Origin: Bacteroidota bacterium
Lineage (GTDB): Bacteria > Bacteroidota > Bacteroidia > J057 > JADKCL01
Assembly: GCA_039024435.1 (NCBI GenBank)
Contig: JBCCQH010000005.1
Coordinates: 29,433 to 93,432 of the forward strand
Direction: 5' to 3'
DNA length: 64,000 nucleotides
Shown here: positions 25,093 to 35,405 of the stretch, in pieces
How the letters are laid out: every line of letters begins with the position of its first letter
Position numbering within the stretch: position 1 is the first letter of the stretch
Notes under the pieces: generated by a model
The model's input: the letters and a program-made list of their open reading frames with translations, nothing else
Database searches by the model: none
Told to the model about the DNA's origin: nothing
Position numbers and translations under genes: made by a program

Positions 25093-26484
25093 ATGTACCG
25101 AATCTCCATCTCCCTCAGCCTCGTGCTGTACCTGCTTGCTACCCCCATCCTCGCCCAAACCGTCAACTACGACGACGTAGCTGTCATCGTCAACGATTCC
25201 AGTGCAACTTCCGTCGCCATCGGCAATTACTTCGCCAATGCCCGCAACATCCCCACCAGCCGCATCATCCACCTCGCGGTTCCCCCCCGGGAAACCATCG
25301 ACAGCCTCGAATTCGTGGCCCTGCAGGGCCAGCTCAAAATCGCCCTGACGAGCAATAACCTCGCCGATTCCCTGAATTACCTGGTGACCACCAAAGGAAT
25401 GCCGCTGCGCATATCGGTAAATGGTGCCTGCGATTCCACGATCAACAGCAATCCCATTCCCGTTTCCAATTGTACCTGCCTCGAAAGTCAGATCAGCATG
25501 CTGCTCGGTCCGCTTTCGGGCCAAATCCTGAGCGGCGGAGCCAGTTTCAATCCCGCCCGCGGCTGGAACCAACCCTTCGACCGCGACAGCCTCGGCATCT
25601 TTGCCGTCACGCGGCTAGATGCCTACACCGAACAAGAGGTCAGGGACCTCATTGACCGCAGTGGTCCCGACTTGGTGTACAATACCCAAGCCCAAGCCGT
25701 GCTGGACTACAGCAATGCCTTGACTTCCGACCTCACGCTGTGGGAATCTTGGGTGGAGCGCACCGTGGATTCATTGACCCCACTCCCTTTGCTGGTGCTC
25801 GATGATACCGCAAATGCCACGTTTGTCGCCAATGAAGCGAACGTTGTCAGCTACTTTGGCATTCATTATCAGCCCAGTATCGTCCAAACCAATTTCAATT
25901 GGGCTCCCGGGGGATTCGGTATGCTGTACTACGGCAAACTCGCGGAGAGCTTTGATCCCGCCAATAATCTCAACAATGAATATTGGTCCGGAGACATGAT
26001 CCGCGATGGCGCGACAGTCGGTGCCGCCCCCGTGTACTGGACCTACGTCTCACCGGCCCCCCGGCCCTGGGAGATGTTTACCCAATACCTGGACCCGGCA
26101 ACCAATTTCAACGCGGCCGAAGCATTTTACAACAGTGTGGTTTTTCTGGGGGACCAATGGTTACTCGTCGGCGACCCCAAGACCTCCGTGCGCTCGGCCC
26201 TGACGCTGAATACCCCGCCGGCACCTCCGGAAGACCTCCCATTTATCATTTTCCCAAATCCCAATGCGGGCCAGTTCACCCTGCAGGCCGATTTGAAACC
26301 CGGGCCGGTCACCATTTCCATTGCCAATCCCCTGGGCCAGCTCGTCTACCGCGAAGCCATCCAGCACGCCGGCGGCACCTGGACCCAATCGTTGGACTTG
26401 AACCAAGTCAGCCGGGGCGTGTACCTCCTGCGGGTCGACACCGAGCGGGAACGCATCGTGCGGCGGGTCGTCATCGACCATTAA
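25093..26484 (+). CDS. Secreted TIGR03790-like protein with a T9SS type-A C-terminal sorting domain
   Basis: Signal peptide 'MYRISISLSLVLYLLATPILAQ'. N-terminal 'VAVIVNDSSATSVAIGNYFANARNIP' pattern. C-terminus 'IFPNPNAGQFTLQ.......I.I.N.LGQLVY......GG....LDL..VSRGVYLLRV' (Por_Secre_tail type). Confidence 0.85.
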   Translation: MYRISISLSLVLYLLATPILAQTVNYDDVAVIVNDSSATSVAIGNYFANARNIPTSRIIHLAVPPRETIDSLEFVALQGQLKIALTSNNLADSLNYLVTTKGMPLRISVNGACDSTINSNPIPVSNCTCLESQISMLLGPLSGQILSGGASFNPARGWNQPFDRDSLGIFAVTRLDAYTEQEVRDLIDRSGPDLVYNTQAQAVLDYSNALTSDLTLWESWVERTVDSLTPLPLLVLDDTANATFVANEANVVSYFGIHYQPSIVQTNFNWAPGGFGMLYYGKLAESFDPANNLNNEYWSGDMIRDGATVGAAPVYWTYVSPAPRPWEMFTQYLDPATNFNAAEAFYNSVVFLGDQWLLVGDPKTSVRSALTLNTPPAPPEDLPFIIFPNPNAGQFTLQADLKPGPVTISIANPLGQLVYREAIQHAGGTWTQSLDLNQVSRGVYLLRVDTERERIVRRVVIDH

Positions 26485-26535
26485 AGACCAACCTGAACAA
26501 ACTCAAATCGCAAAAACATCAATCAGCTTACCTTC

Positions 26536-26568
26536 CGGATTCCGGCCGCCCCCGGGATCCGTTTTTTT
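26536..26568 (+). terminator. Intrinsic terminator
   Basis: 10-bp GC-rich stem CGGATTCCGG / CCGGGATCCG (one G-U pair) followed by T7 (26562-26568), 50 nt after the stop at 26484. Confidence 0.75.
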
Positions 26569-26588
26569 GTGCCGCGCCGATTCTGAAA

Positions 26589-27122
26589 TCAGCGCGATCC
26601 CTCGCCGGAAAAGCCTTCAAATTTGTTTTTGAAGAGGACATTGAAGGTGGTGAGCGAGCCGTAAATCCGGGTGATGTACTGCTGCATGTTTACCTTTTCC
26701 TCGTCAGAGAGCCCTTTGTGGCTGTTGATTCGCTGTTCAAGCACCCGCAGGCGGTCCCGCAACATGACAATCTTGTGGAAAAAGGTCTCGATGGGAATTT
26801 CTTTGGGTTTCAACGAGCTATCCCGGGGCTGCATAATGAGCGTGCCACCAGTCCAGCGGTCGCCGAGGGGCACAATTTCCTGGACATCGGTCCATTTGCG
26901 CAGGATGCTGATCAAGCTTTGCTCCACATCCCACAAGCTCACCCCATCCTCGTCCGGATCGACCCGCTCGATCAGCATGATCTCTTCGTCTTTGCGGATT
27001 CGCTCTTCGCCTTCTTCAATGAACATCACCGTGTAGGTCATGGCGTTGATGCCGATCACGACGCCCAATCCGAACTTGGGGTGCTTGATCCGTGATCCGA
27101 TGCCTAGATATCCTTGACTCAT
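26589..27122 (-). CDS. Conserved-looking hypothetical protein (177 aa)
   Basis: Complete ORF with balanced composition. The plus-strand ORFs overlapping it look like shadows. No motif recognised. Confidence 0.65.
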   Translation of the reverse strand: MSQGYLGIGSRIKHPKFGLGVVIGINAMTYTVMFIEEGEERIRKDEEIMLIERVDPDEDGVSLWDVEQSLISILRKWTDVQEIVPLGDRWTGGTLIMQPRDSSLKPKEIPIETFFHKIVMLRDRLRVLEQRINSHKGLSDEEKVNMQQYITRIYGSLTTFNVLFKNKFEGFSGEGSR

Positions 27123-27170
27123 AATTGTTGTAATCTCGAATTTAATGCCGTGCTTCCGTGCTTTTCCGGG

Positions 27171-28016
27171 TCATTCGTCCCGCGTCGGTTGCAGTTCCTG
27201 TTGATCAATTTGGTTGAATTCTACCCCGTTGACCTTCATAACGTGGAGGATGCTGGGGTCGTCGTAGTCGATTTTCGGGCCGAGAACATTCATCACCAAA
27301 GGGATTTGGATGCCTTCCACCTGCTTGTAACCACTGTACACGCAGGTGCCGACCACCGATTTGTTTACGCCCCGGACGGTGTATTCCACCAAGTCGATGA
27401 GTTTGGTTTCCGCATTGATGTAGAGGGCGTACTGGTCGTACTCCTTCTGCGGCTCGTCGGTGTTCCAGGTGGCAAACAGAATTTCGTACTTTTTTCCTTG
27501 GATCTCGCGTTCGCCCCCGTGGCGCATGATGGGCGCTTCCATGATTTTGAGCGGCAATTGCAGAAAATATTGCCAGGTCGGCAGCCAGAACTTGATGCGC
27601 CGGTTGTGTTTCCACTTGCGTTCGGACCCGGATTTCGCCTTTTGCTCCCAGGAATACCAATTGCTCAGTCCCCAGATGAGGCCCGCCTTTTTGCCTTCCT
27701 TGACGCGCATGTGGGCGTCAGCGGCATCGGGAACGTAGCTCAGGGTCATCGCCGCGCCGCCTCCGGGGAAGGGCGAAGCAAATTTCAGCTTCTCGAACCG
27801 GTCTTCGAAGTCAAAGGTGACCGTTTCGTAGTTTTCCCATTTGTCCGCGCCGTGGGCGAGGAAACACGTCTGCATGAGGCGGCGTGCTTTTTGGGTAGAA
27901 CCCGGCGCATCGATGGCCGCTTTCATTTCTGTTGTCCGCAGGTCCGACAGTTTGCATCCCGCAAATGACAAAACCGTGGCGACCAGGAACAGCCCGAGAA
28001 GTGGATTGCGTTTCAT
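27171..28016 (-). CDS. Hypothetical lipoprotein
   Basis: Start chosen at 'MKRNPLLGLFLVATVLSFAGC' (lipobox) rather than the upstream Met at 28049. Confidence 0.75.
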   Translation of the reverse strand: MKRNPLLGLFLVATVLSFAGCKLSDLRTTEMKAAIDAPGSTQKARRLMQTCFLAHGADKWENYETVTFDFEDRFEKLKFASPFPGGGAAMTLSYVPDAADAHMRVKEGKKAGLIWGLSNWYSWEQKAKSGSERKWKHNRRIKFWLPTWQYFLQLPLKIMEAPIMRHGGEREIQGKKYEILFATWNTDEPQKEYDQYALYINAETKLIDLVEYTVRGVNKSVVGTCVYSGYKQVEGIQIPLVMNVLGPKIDYDDPSILHVMKVNGVEFNQIDQQELQPTRDE

Positions 28017-28139
28017 CCCGTTAAGATAGCAAAAGATCTTCCGAGCCAAGGACAGCGGCCGGTGATTTTCGCAAATTTACGTGGATAACAAGCCGTTTCA
28101 CCGCCACGTGCTTCCGCGACTTTTTTATAAATTTGGCCC

Positions 28140-30158
28140 ATGACAGAAACGACCGACCTAAATCAGATCCAGGCGCGCATCAATCAGCTTACCGAGGAGC
28201 TGAACGCCCACAACCACCGCTACTATGTACTGGCCGCCCCCATCATTTCCGATTTTGAATTTGACAAGTTGCTCCGCGAACTTCAGGACCTCGAAGCGGC
28301 CTATCCCGAGTTGAAGCGTGCCGATTCGCCCAGCTTGCGGGTCGGCGGGGACATCACGAAGGAATTTCCGACGTTTACCCACGTCCGTCCGATGTTGAGC
28401 CTCCAGAATACCTACTCACGGGAAGAAGTCGAAGACTGGCTGAAAAGCATCGAAAAACTGCTCGAAGGCCGTCCCCATACCTACTTCGTGCAGCACAAGT
28501 TTGACGGAGTGTCCCTGAGTTTGCACTACGAAAATGGGGTCATGCAGCATGGGGTCACCCGCGGCGACGGTACCCAAGGCGACGAAATCACCGCCAATGC
28601 CCGTACCATTCCCACCGTCCCGCTCTCCCTGAACGCCGACAACCTGCCCGCTTCGTTTGAGGTTCGGGGCGAAGTCCTGATGCACCGGGACAAATTTGAT
28701 GCGCTGAATGAACGCCGGGTGGAAAAGGGGGATGCGCCGCTAATGAATCCCCGCAATGCCACCGCCGGCACCCTCAAAATGCAGGATTCCAGCGTGGTGG
28801 CCAGCCGGCCCATGACCTTCTACGCGTACTGGCTCGGGGCTGAAGGCGAAATCCCTGCCACCGACAACGATCAGCAGATGCTCCTGCGCGACTGGGGTTT
28901 CAAAGCCTACCACAATGTCCGCCTCTGTCAAAACATGGATGAAGTCTTTGATTACATCAACCATTGGGAAACCGCCCGCGAGGAACTTCCCTACGAAATC
29001 GATGGCATCGTGATCAAGGTCAACGAAGTTCCCCTCCGCGAAATTCTGGGAGCGACTTCGAAGTTTCCCCGCTGGGCCATCGCCTTCAAGTACCAAGCGG
29101 AAAAGGCCGAAACCCAACTCCGTTTTGTCAATTATCAAGTCGGGCGGACGGGTACCGTGACCCCGGTTGCCAATCTGGATCCGGTCCTACTTGCCGGCAC
29201 GGTGGTCAAGCGGGCTTCGCTCTACAATGCAGACGAATTGGAGCGACTCGACCTGCACGAAGGCGATACCGTACGCGTCGCCAAAGGGGGGGAAATCATC
29301 CCCAAAGTTGTCGAAGTTATCACCGCCAAACGACGCCGGGAGGCGCTGCGGATCGTCTTCCCGCAGAATTGTCCGTCCTGCAACATTGATCTGCAAAAAA
29401 ATGAAGGCGAAGTCAATTACTTCTGCCCCAACACGGCCACATGCCCGCCGCATGTGCGGGGCCGCATCGAACCCTTTGCCGCCCGCCGCGCGATGGACAT
29501 CGACGGACTCGGCACCGAAATCATCGCCCAACTCGTGGAAGCTGGGCTGGTCAATGACTACACCGATTTGTACGACTTGACCTACGAGCAAGTGGTCAAT
29601 CTGGAGCGCTTCGCTGACAAAAGCGCCCGCAATCTGGTCGAAAGCATTGCCGCCAGTACCGAGGTCCCCTACCCCAAGGTACTTTTTGCCCTTGGGATCC
29701 GTTATGTAGGCGAAACGGTGGCTAAGAAACTGGCGAAACAATTCCAGAGCATCGATGAGTTGATGGCGGCGGACAAAGAAGCCATCGTGGACGTCCACGA
29801 AATCGGGGAGCGCATCGCCGACAGCGTGATTGCCTTCTTCGCCGAGGCGGACAACCGCGCCAAAATCGAAAAGCTGCGGGCGGCGGGCGTCCAGTTGGAA
29901 TTGGCGGAAGAGGACAAAGCGGTGTCGCAGGCATTGGCCGGAAAAAGCTTTGTGGTGACTGGTACACTGGCAAACTTTACCCGGGACACCATCAAGGCCC
30001 ACATCGAGAGCCACGGCGGCACGGTCAAAGGCTCGGTTTCTGCCAAAACGGACTACCTGGTCACCGGCACCGACCCCGGCGGCTCCAAGGTGACCAAAGC
30101 CGAAAAACACAAGGTGACTATCCTCACCGAAGCTGAGTATTTGGAAATGACTGCATGA
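28140..30158 (+). CDS. ligA: NAD-dependent DNA ligase
   Basis: 672 aa. Adenylation motif 'HKFDGVS' (KxDG), OB fold, a Cys4 zinc finger ('CPSC...C......C'), HhH repeats and a C-terminal BRCT ('GKSFVVTGTL'). Confidence 0.97.
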   Translation: MTETTDLNQIQARINQLTEELNAHNHRYYVLAAPIISDFEFDKLLRELQDLEAAYPELKRADSPSLRVGGDITKEFPTFTHVRPMLSLQNTYSREEVEDWLKSIEKLLEGRPHTYFVQHKFDGVSLSLHYENGVMQHGVTRGDGTQGDEITANARTIPTVPLSLNADNLPASFEVRGEVLMHRDKFDALNERRVEKGDAPLMNPRNATAGTLKMQDSSVVASRPMTFYAYWLGAEGEIPATDNDQQMLLRDWGFKAYHNVRLCQNMDEVFDYINHWETAREELPYEIDGIVIKVNEVPLREILGATSKFPRWAIAFKYQAEKAETQLRFVNYQVGRTGTVTPVANLDPVLLAGTVVKRASLYNADELERLDLHEGDTVRVAKGGEIIPKVVEVITAKRRREALRIVFPQNCPSCNIDLQKNEGEVNYFCPNTATCPPHVRGRIEPFAARRAMDIDGLGTEIIAQLVEAGLVNDYTDLYDLTYEQVVNLERFADKSARNLVESIAASTEVPYPKVLFALGIRYVGETVAKKLAKQFQSIDELMAADKEAIVDVHEIGERIADSVIAFFAEADNRAKIEKLRAAGVQLELAEEDKAVSQALAGKSFVVTGTLANFTRDTIKAHIESHGGTVKGSVSAKTDYLVTGTDPGGSKVTKAEKHKVTILTEAEYLEMTA

Positions 30159-30706
30159 ACTGGTTACAGTCCCTAAAGCACGGATACAGTCTGAAGGTCT
30201 TCGAGCAACGCGCCCGAAAGGTGACCTTTCCCCACGCCTTTGTCGATTTGGACAAGGCGGCCTCGGTGGGCTTCATCATCAACATGGGGCTCTTCAGTCC
30301 AGAAGACCTGGTCGACTTTACCAAGTACATCACCCGGCTGGAACACGCCGGCAAGGTCGTGCTGGTCGTCGAACTGAATTTCAAGCGCAAGGGCAGCCCC
30401 ATGTTCAAAGATTCGGTGCGCTCGATTTTCATCAATCCGGAACAGATCAATTGGTTGGGCCTGCCATCGGTGCGGCGGCTGCAAGAACTGAACAAAGCAC
30501 GGCTGGATCTGTTGGTCAATCTGGACACCTCGGAGTCGATGACCTCGCGCTACATCTGCGGACTTTCCAATGCCCGCACCCGCGTGGGACTGCACGAACT
30601 GGGGTACGAAAAGTTCTACGAATTGCTCCTCGACATGCCCCGGACCACGTCCATGCAGGAATTGTTGGGGGCGTTTGAGACATTCACGAAAATGCTGGAA
30701 AAATGA
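30155..30706 (+). CDS. Hypothetical protein coupled between ligA and dapA
   Basis: Its start overlaps the ligA stop (ATGA) and its stop overlaps the dapA start. Plausible composition. Confidence 0.7.
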   Translation: MNWLQSLKHGYSLKVFEQRARKVTFPHAFVDLDKAASVGFIINMGLFSPEDLVDFTKYITRLEHAGKVVLVVELNFKRKGSPMFKDSVRSIFINPEQINWLGLPSVRRLQELNKARLDLLVNLDTSESMTSRYICGLSNARTRVGLHELGYEKFYELLLDMPRTTSMQELLGAFETFTKMLEK

Positions 30707-31608
30707 TTCAAGAATTTCACGGTTTGGGGGTCGCGATGGTCACCCCATTTCTGCCGGATGGTGGGGTCGATCACGAAAGCCTGAAGCGGCTGACCGTCCA
30801 CCTGATCGAAGGCGGTGTCGATTATTTGGTGGTGCTGGGCACCACGGGCGAGACAGTAACCTTGTCCATTGCCGAGCAGATCGACGTGATCACCACGGTC
30901 ATGGACGTCAATGCAGGCCGGCTCCCCATCGTCCTGGGGGCAGGCGGAAACAACACCGATGCGGTGGCCACAAAGATGATTGCCTTTGCCGAGCAATTCC
31001 AACCGAATGCCTTCTTGTCCGCCTCTCCCGCGTACAACCGGCCGACTCAGGCGGGCATTGTCGCCCACTATCAGGCCTTGAGTAAGGTCACCGACGTACC
31101 GATTATCCTTTATAATGTCCCCGGCCGCACCGCCAGCAATCTGCTCTCCGGGACCACCCTGAAAATCGCCCGCACCTGCCCCACGGCCATCGGAATCAAA
31201 GAAGCCTCCGGCAATCTGGAACAGTGCATGGAAGTCACGGCGGGCCGTCCCGAGGGATTTTTCCTCATATCGGGCGACGACCTGCTGACTTTGCCGCTGC
31301 TGGCGGCGGGCTTCGACGGTCTGATTTCGGTCATCGCCAATGCGCTGCCGGAAGAAACCGCCCAACTCGTCCGGGCGGGGCGTGCCGGCGACCTCACCAC
31401 CTTGCGGACCCTGCATTACCGTTTGATGCCGCTGGTTCAGGCGATTTTTGCCGAAGGCAATCCCGCCGGAGTGAAGACCGTGCTGGATATATTGGGCATT
31501 TGTCGCCCGGGGGTACGCCTGCCCTTGCTTCCGGCCTCCGACGCCTTGCGCGAACGGATCAAGGAATTGCTCCTCGTCCTCAAGAGCGTTCCCGACCCCG
31601 CTTCCTGA
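30703..31608 (+). CDS. dapA: 4-hydroxy-tetrahydrodipicolinate synthase
   Basis: 'GVAMVTPF', 'VLGTTGETVTLS', 'AYNRPTQ', 'IGIKEASGN' (active-site Lys context). Typical length of 301 aa. Confidence 0.95.
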   Translation: MIQEFHGLGVAMVTPFLPDGGVDHESLKRLTVHLIEGGVDYLVVLGTTGETVTLSIAEQIDVITTVMDVNAGRLPIVLGAGGNNTDAVATKMIAFAEQFQPNAFLSASPAYNRPTQAGIVAHYQALSKVTDVPIILYNVPGRTASNLLSGTTLKIARTCPTAIGIKEASGNLEQCMEVTAGRPEGFFLISGDDLLTLPLLAAGFDGLISVIANALPEETAQLVRAGRAGDLTTLRTLHYRLMPLVQAIFAEGNPAGVKTVLDILGICRPGVRLPLLPASDALRERIKELLLVLKSVPDPAS

Positions 31609-31631
31609 ATTACTGCTCCATCTCTTTGCCC

Positions 31632-32558
31632 ATGCGGGACATCCACCACAAGCACCACACCCTCCGCATCGCCCTGGCCGAAGCGGTACTGCGCGTGCGC
31701 CCGGAAAGTGTGGACGTCGTCCGGCACAATACCGGCCCCAAGCAGGACATCCTCCCCACCGCCCGGGCGGCCGGCTACCTCGCGGTCAAAAACACCCCGG
31801 GGGCGATTCCATTGTGCCATCCCCTCCCGGTCGAAGCGGTCGACATCGATTTTGAGTTTTCCCGGGCGGAAGACCACGGAGAGATTCGCATCCTGCTGCT
31901 CGCCAAGACAATTTACAAGACGGGTTGCGAAGTAGAAGCCATGCACGGTGCGGCGGTGGTCGCGCTCACGATTTACGACATGCTCAAGCCGGTGGATTCG
32001 GAAATCGAAATCGAAAAAGTGCGCCTGGTGCGCAAGCAAGGGGGCAAGACCGATTTCGGCGGTCAATTTGACGGGACCTTGACCGCCGCGGTCATCGTCT
32101 GCTCCGACTCGGTAGCGGCGGGCAACAAGGAAGACAAAGCCGGGAAAGTCGTCGCGGCCAAGCTCGAAGGCATGGGCCTCAACCTCGCCAAGTACACCGT
32201 GATCCCGGACGAGGTCGACCGCATTCAGTCCGAAGTGCGCGACAGCCACGCGGCGGCAACCGACTTGATTCTGACTTGTGGAGGGACCGGTCTTTCCCCC
32301 ACCGACGTGACCCCAGAGGCAGTGCGTCCGCTGCTCGATCGCGAAGTGCCGGGCATCATGGAAGCCGCCCGCGACTACGGACAGCAGCGCACCCCCTACG
32401 CCATGCTATCCCGCGGAGTCGCCGGACTGATGGGTCGGTCGCTGGTCATCACGGTCCCCGGCTCGACCAAAGGCGCCGAGGAAACCATCGATGCGTTGTT
32501 CCCCGCGGCGCTGCACATCTTCAAAGTCCTGGAGCATGGCTTCCGACACGGGAAGTGA
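31632..32558 (+). CDS. moaC: Fused cyclic pyranopterin monophosphate synthase (MoaC) and MoaB/Mog-type molybdopterin domain
   Basis: Start set at 'MRDIHHKHH'; the ORF extension back to 31224 overlaps dapA. MoaC motifs: 'IPLCHPLP', 'KTGCEVEAMHGAAVVALTIYDMLKP', 'KQGGKTDF'. MoaB/Mog motifs: 'DLILTCGGTGLSPTDVTPEA', 'VPGSTKGA'. Confidence 0.9.
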   Translation: MRDIHHKHHTLRIALAEAVLRVRPESVDVVRHNTGPKQDILPTARAAGYLAVKNTPGAIPLCHPLPVEAVDIDFEFSRAEDHGEIRILLLAKTIYKTGCEVEAMHGAAVVALTIYDMLKPVDSEIEIEKVRLVRKQGGKTDFGGQFDGTLTAAVIVCSDSVAAGNKEDKAGKVVAAKLEGMGLNLAKYTVIPDEVDRIQSEVRDSHAAATDLILTCGGTGLSPTDVTPEAVRPLLDREVPGIMEAARDYGQQRTPYAMLSRGVAGLMGRSLVITVPGSTKGAEETIDALFPAALHIFKVLEHGFRHGK

Positions 32559-32631
32559 GGCTGATCCGGAGGGGAGGAGCCGTTGACGGGGCTGTTTTCC
32601 GTCCCCTTGATCAAATTTGCCCCCGCAAAGC

Positions 32632-34368
32632 CTACTCTGGCGGGATGCTCAACTTCTCATCAAACCAGAAAACCTTATTGGGATCGTATTTCGCCTTGAT
32701 TTGCTTGAGGCGCGGCAGGTTGCTGGCGCCCTTAGCTTTGCCGTAGTACGCAGCCAAATCCAGGTTCTTATCGACAAAATTGATGCAGGCTCCTTCCACG
32801 AGGTTTGGTCCGGAAAGGGCGGCCCGCCCCGCGGCGATCCATTTCAGGAATTCTTCCTCTTTGGGATTTGCCGGATCGGACCACCACGCTTGCCACTGGA
32901 AGATGACGTCCTTGTTGCGCCAGAAGAAAGCGGTTTCGGCAGGGGCAAAATTCTTCACTGCACTGTTGGCCTTTTGGGTTGCGCCCAGACCGTGGAGGAC
33001 CAGGTAGAGACTCGCACTCTGGTAGGGCTTCCACGCTTCCTTGCTGCGATTGGTTTGGTCAAAAAAATCGGCGGCTGCCCGGGCGATTTTGGCGTAGTTC
33101 GCTTGCTTGTCCGCCGCGTCACTGTCCGCAAGGGGAAAGGCAGAAGAGATTTTGTGGGGATGGGGCGCATCGCAGGTGCTGGCCGGTGGCTTGGTTATTC
33201 TTTTTTCTTTCTCCCCCTCGGCGTCTTGAGCCCCACTCAGTGCCGGGGACATGACCGGAGCGGAGGGGTAAAGGAAATCTCCCAGGGCCGCGTCGAGCTC
33301 ATGAATGTACTCCTCGAGGTAATTCTGCGGTTCCATTTCTGCTAGGCTGGCCGAAAAGCCCAACAATCGCCCGGACCCGGCACCCAGAGGAGCTCGCTCG
33401 GGTTGCGCCCACAAATCGCCTTTTAAATAAAGCTTCAGCGGTTCCAGAAGCGTTTTCAAATCGGACTTGGGACCGTAGTAGCGCCCGGCAATGGTGACCG
33501 GATGCAAACCGTTGCTGCGATCCGGATTTTTTACCCGCACGGCGGCCGCGGTGGTGAGTTCGTGCGGGAATTTGGCTTGAATTTCCAGATAGGCAGCGAC
33601 GAATTGTTCCACCTCCACTTTGGTCAGATCTTTGCGCCCGAGCTCGGCAAACCAGGTCAGGTGCCCGTCTTTTTTGAGTGGGCTGAGTTTGATCAGGAAG
33701 CGGGTCACGATCCCGAAATTGCCCCCGCCTCCGCCGCGAACGGCCCAAAACAGGTCTTGGTAAGCATTGTTGGCATTGGCCCGGACAATATTGCCGTTGG
33801 CCAAAACGACTTCCACCTCGATGACACTGTCGCAAGTCAGCCCGTACATGCGGGTCGCCCAGCCCCAGCCACCGCCGTGGATGAGTCCTCCGGGATTGAC
33901 CGACTGGCAGCCTCCACCGGGGATCACCTTGCCGTGCAGGCCCACTTCGTAATACGCCTCCTGAAGTTTTTTGCCCACCGGAAGCCAGGCGGTGTCTCTT
34001 TTCACCGGATCTGGGTAGACGATGGTATTCATCTCCGATAGCCGAACGATCAGGACGTTGTCCGCCGAGCACATCGCTTCGTGCTGGTGCCCGCCCGAGC
34101 GGATCCGCAACCCGAAGGTTTGTCCCTCGATGTCCTTGTGGGTCTGACAAAACTTGAGGCAGGTCGCGACCTGCTCGGCGTTGCGGGGATAGGCCACGGC
34201 CCAAGGCTGATAATCAAATTCCGGGCGGCTGTTTGAAATCTCTCGGGCCCGGTCGTAGCCCACCCCATCGATGACCGTCACCCGAAAGCCCTCGGCAATC
34301 CCCCGGTTTTTCAAGCGGTTAAACTGGGCAATTGCGTGTTGTTTGGGAGTTTTACTATTGGTAGTCAT
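32632..34368 (-). CDS. FAD-linked oxidase with a berberine-bridge-enzyme-like C-terminus
   Basis: 'IRSGGHQHE', 'VRGGGGGNFGIVT', and C-terminal 'CINFVDKNL......YYG.....LPRLKQIKAKYDPNKVF'. Confidence 0.88.
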   Translation of the reverse strand: MTTNSKTPKQHAIAQFNRLKNRGIAEGFRVTVIDGVGYDRAREISNSRPEFDYQPWAVAYPRNAEQVATCLKFCQTHKDIEGQTFGLRIRSGGHQHEAMCSADNVLIVRLSEMNTIVYPDPVKRDTAWLPVGKKLQEAYYEVGLHGKVIPGGGCQSVNPGGLIHGGGWGWATRMYGLTCDSVIEVEVVLANGNIVRANANNAYQDLFWAVRGGGGGNFGIVTRFLIKLSPLKKDGHLTWFAELGRKDLTKVEVEQFVAAYLEIQAKFPHELTTAAAVRVKNPDRSNGLHPVTIAGRYYGPKSDLKTLLEPLKLYLKGDLWAQPERAPLGAGSGRLLGFSASLAEMEPQNYLEEYIHELDAALGDFLYPSAPVMSPALSGAQDAEGEKEKRITKPPASTCDAPHPHKISSAFPLADSDAADKQANYAKIARAAADFFDQTNRSKEAWKPYQSASLYLVLHGLGATQKANSAVKNFAPAETAFFWRNKDVIFQWQAWWSDPANPKEEEFLKWIAAGRAALSGPNLVEGACINFVDKNLDLAAYYGKAKGASNLPRLKQIKAKYDPNKVFWFDEKLSIPPE

Positions 34369-34584
34369 AGGAATCTCGTTTAAGGAGTTGGATCGAATCT
34401 TAGAGGCGATTTAAATTCAAAAAAAAATATCGCGCAGAAAATTGGAACATTTTGCTCAAGAATTTATGCACATATTTCTCCAATAGTTAACCGGGGGTTG
34501 CCCCCTCGTACCGTCCACCCGTACCCTCCCCCTTTCTACCGCAAGTTTCCTTCGCAATCGACTTCCCAATAGAAAGTCCATTGC

Positions 34585-35319
34585 ATGCACCGATTGCTAC
34601 TCCTGCTCACCCTGTTGCCCTTGGGCCTCGCCGCCCAACCGGCTTCCACCGGTCAAGTCCTGATCGAAGTGCGGGCATTTTGGGGCAAAACCCCGCTTTC
34701 CACCGGACGCTCCTTTGTCTCCTCCGACGGCGATACCCTCACCGTCCAAAAGTGGAAATGGTACTTCCGCGCCCTGCAACTGCACAATGCGCAGGGAACG
34801 GTCGACCCCGGACTGCCTCCGCGCCTGATCGACCTTGCCGAACGGCGGAGCGGGCAGATCCGTTGGGACGGAGTCCCGGCCGGCACCTACCGCGAACTGA
34901 ACTTTGGGGTGGGAATGGACAGTGCCCAAAACACCGCGCCCGAATTCACCGGCGATCTCGACCCGGTGAACGGCATGTACTGGACCTGGAATACCGGATT
35001 CATCCAAGCCAAATTCGAAGGCCGGCTCGGTCATCGTCCCGGCCAGAAATTTGAATTTCACATCGGGGGCTACCGTGCACCGTACGGGACCAGCCGGGAA
35101 GTCCGACTGCACCTGGCGAAAAAAAATGCGGTCACAGTGGAAGCGGGCAAACTCACCCGGCTGATCCTCCAAGTGGATCTGCGTGCCGCCTTTCGCAAGT
35201 ATATCCGTACCAAGGCTTCGGAGCCCATGATGGTCATGTCCCCCGGCGAAAATGCCGCCCGGATTGCCGACCGATTTCCCGCAATGTTCCGCTTGGTCCC
35301 CTACCCCAAAGCGAAATAA
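34585..35319 (+). CDS. MbnP-family (copper-binding partner) protein
   Basis: Signal peptide. 'KWKWYFRALQL', 'NFGVGMD', 'MYWTWNTGFIQAKFEG', 'FHIGG' match the MbnP pattern as I remember it. It sits in an operon with a di-haem peroxidase. Confidence 0.7.
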   Translation: MHRLLLLLTLLPLGLAAQPASTGQVLIEVRAFWGKTPLSTGRSFVSSDGDTLTVQKWKWYFRALQLHNAQGTVDPGLPPRLIDLAERRSGQIRWDGVPAGTYRELNFGVGMDSAQNTAPEFTGDLDPVNGMYWTWNTGFIQAKFEGRLGHRPGQKFEFHIGGYRAPYGTSREVRLHLAKKNAVTVEAGKLTRLILQVDLRAAFRKYIRTKASEPMMVMSPGENAARIADRFPAMFRLVPYPKAK

Positions 35320-35405
35320 TTTTCCCCACCCCGAAAGTTTGCCGGTGATGCGACATCCAAATGCCAATACACAATCAATTCAACCATCTGCATTACATCT
35401 TCACC

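Noticed and set aside
25983-27095. A 370-aa plus-strand ORF spanning the end of the TIGR03790-like gene and the antisense of the 26589-27122 gene
   Set aside because: It crosses a strong intrinsic terminator (26536-26568), has R/P/G-rich composition, and overlaps two better-supported genes.
31224-31631. A 136-codon N-terminal extension of the moaC ORF in the supplied track
   Set aside because: The extension overlaps dapA in another frame and is R/G/P-rich. MoaC homology begins at the Met at 31632.
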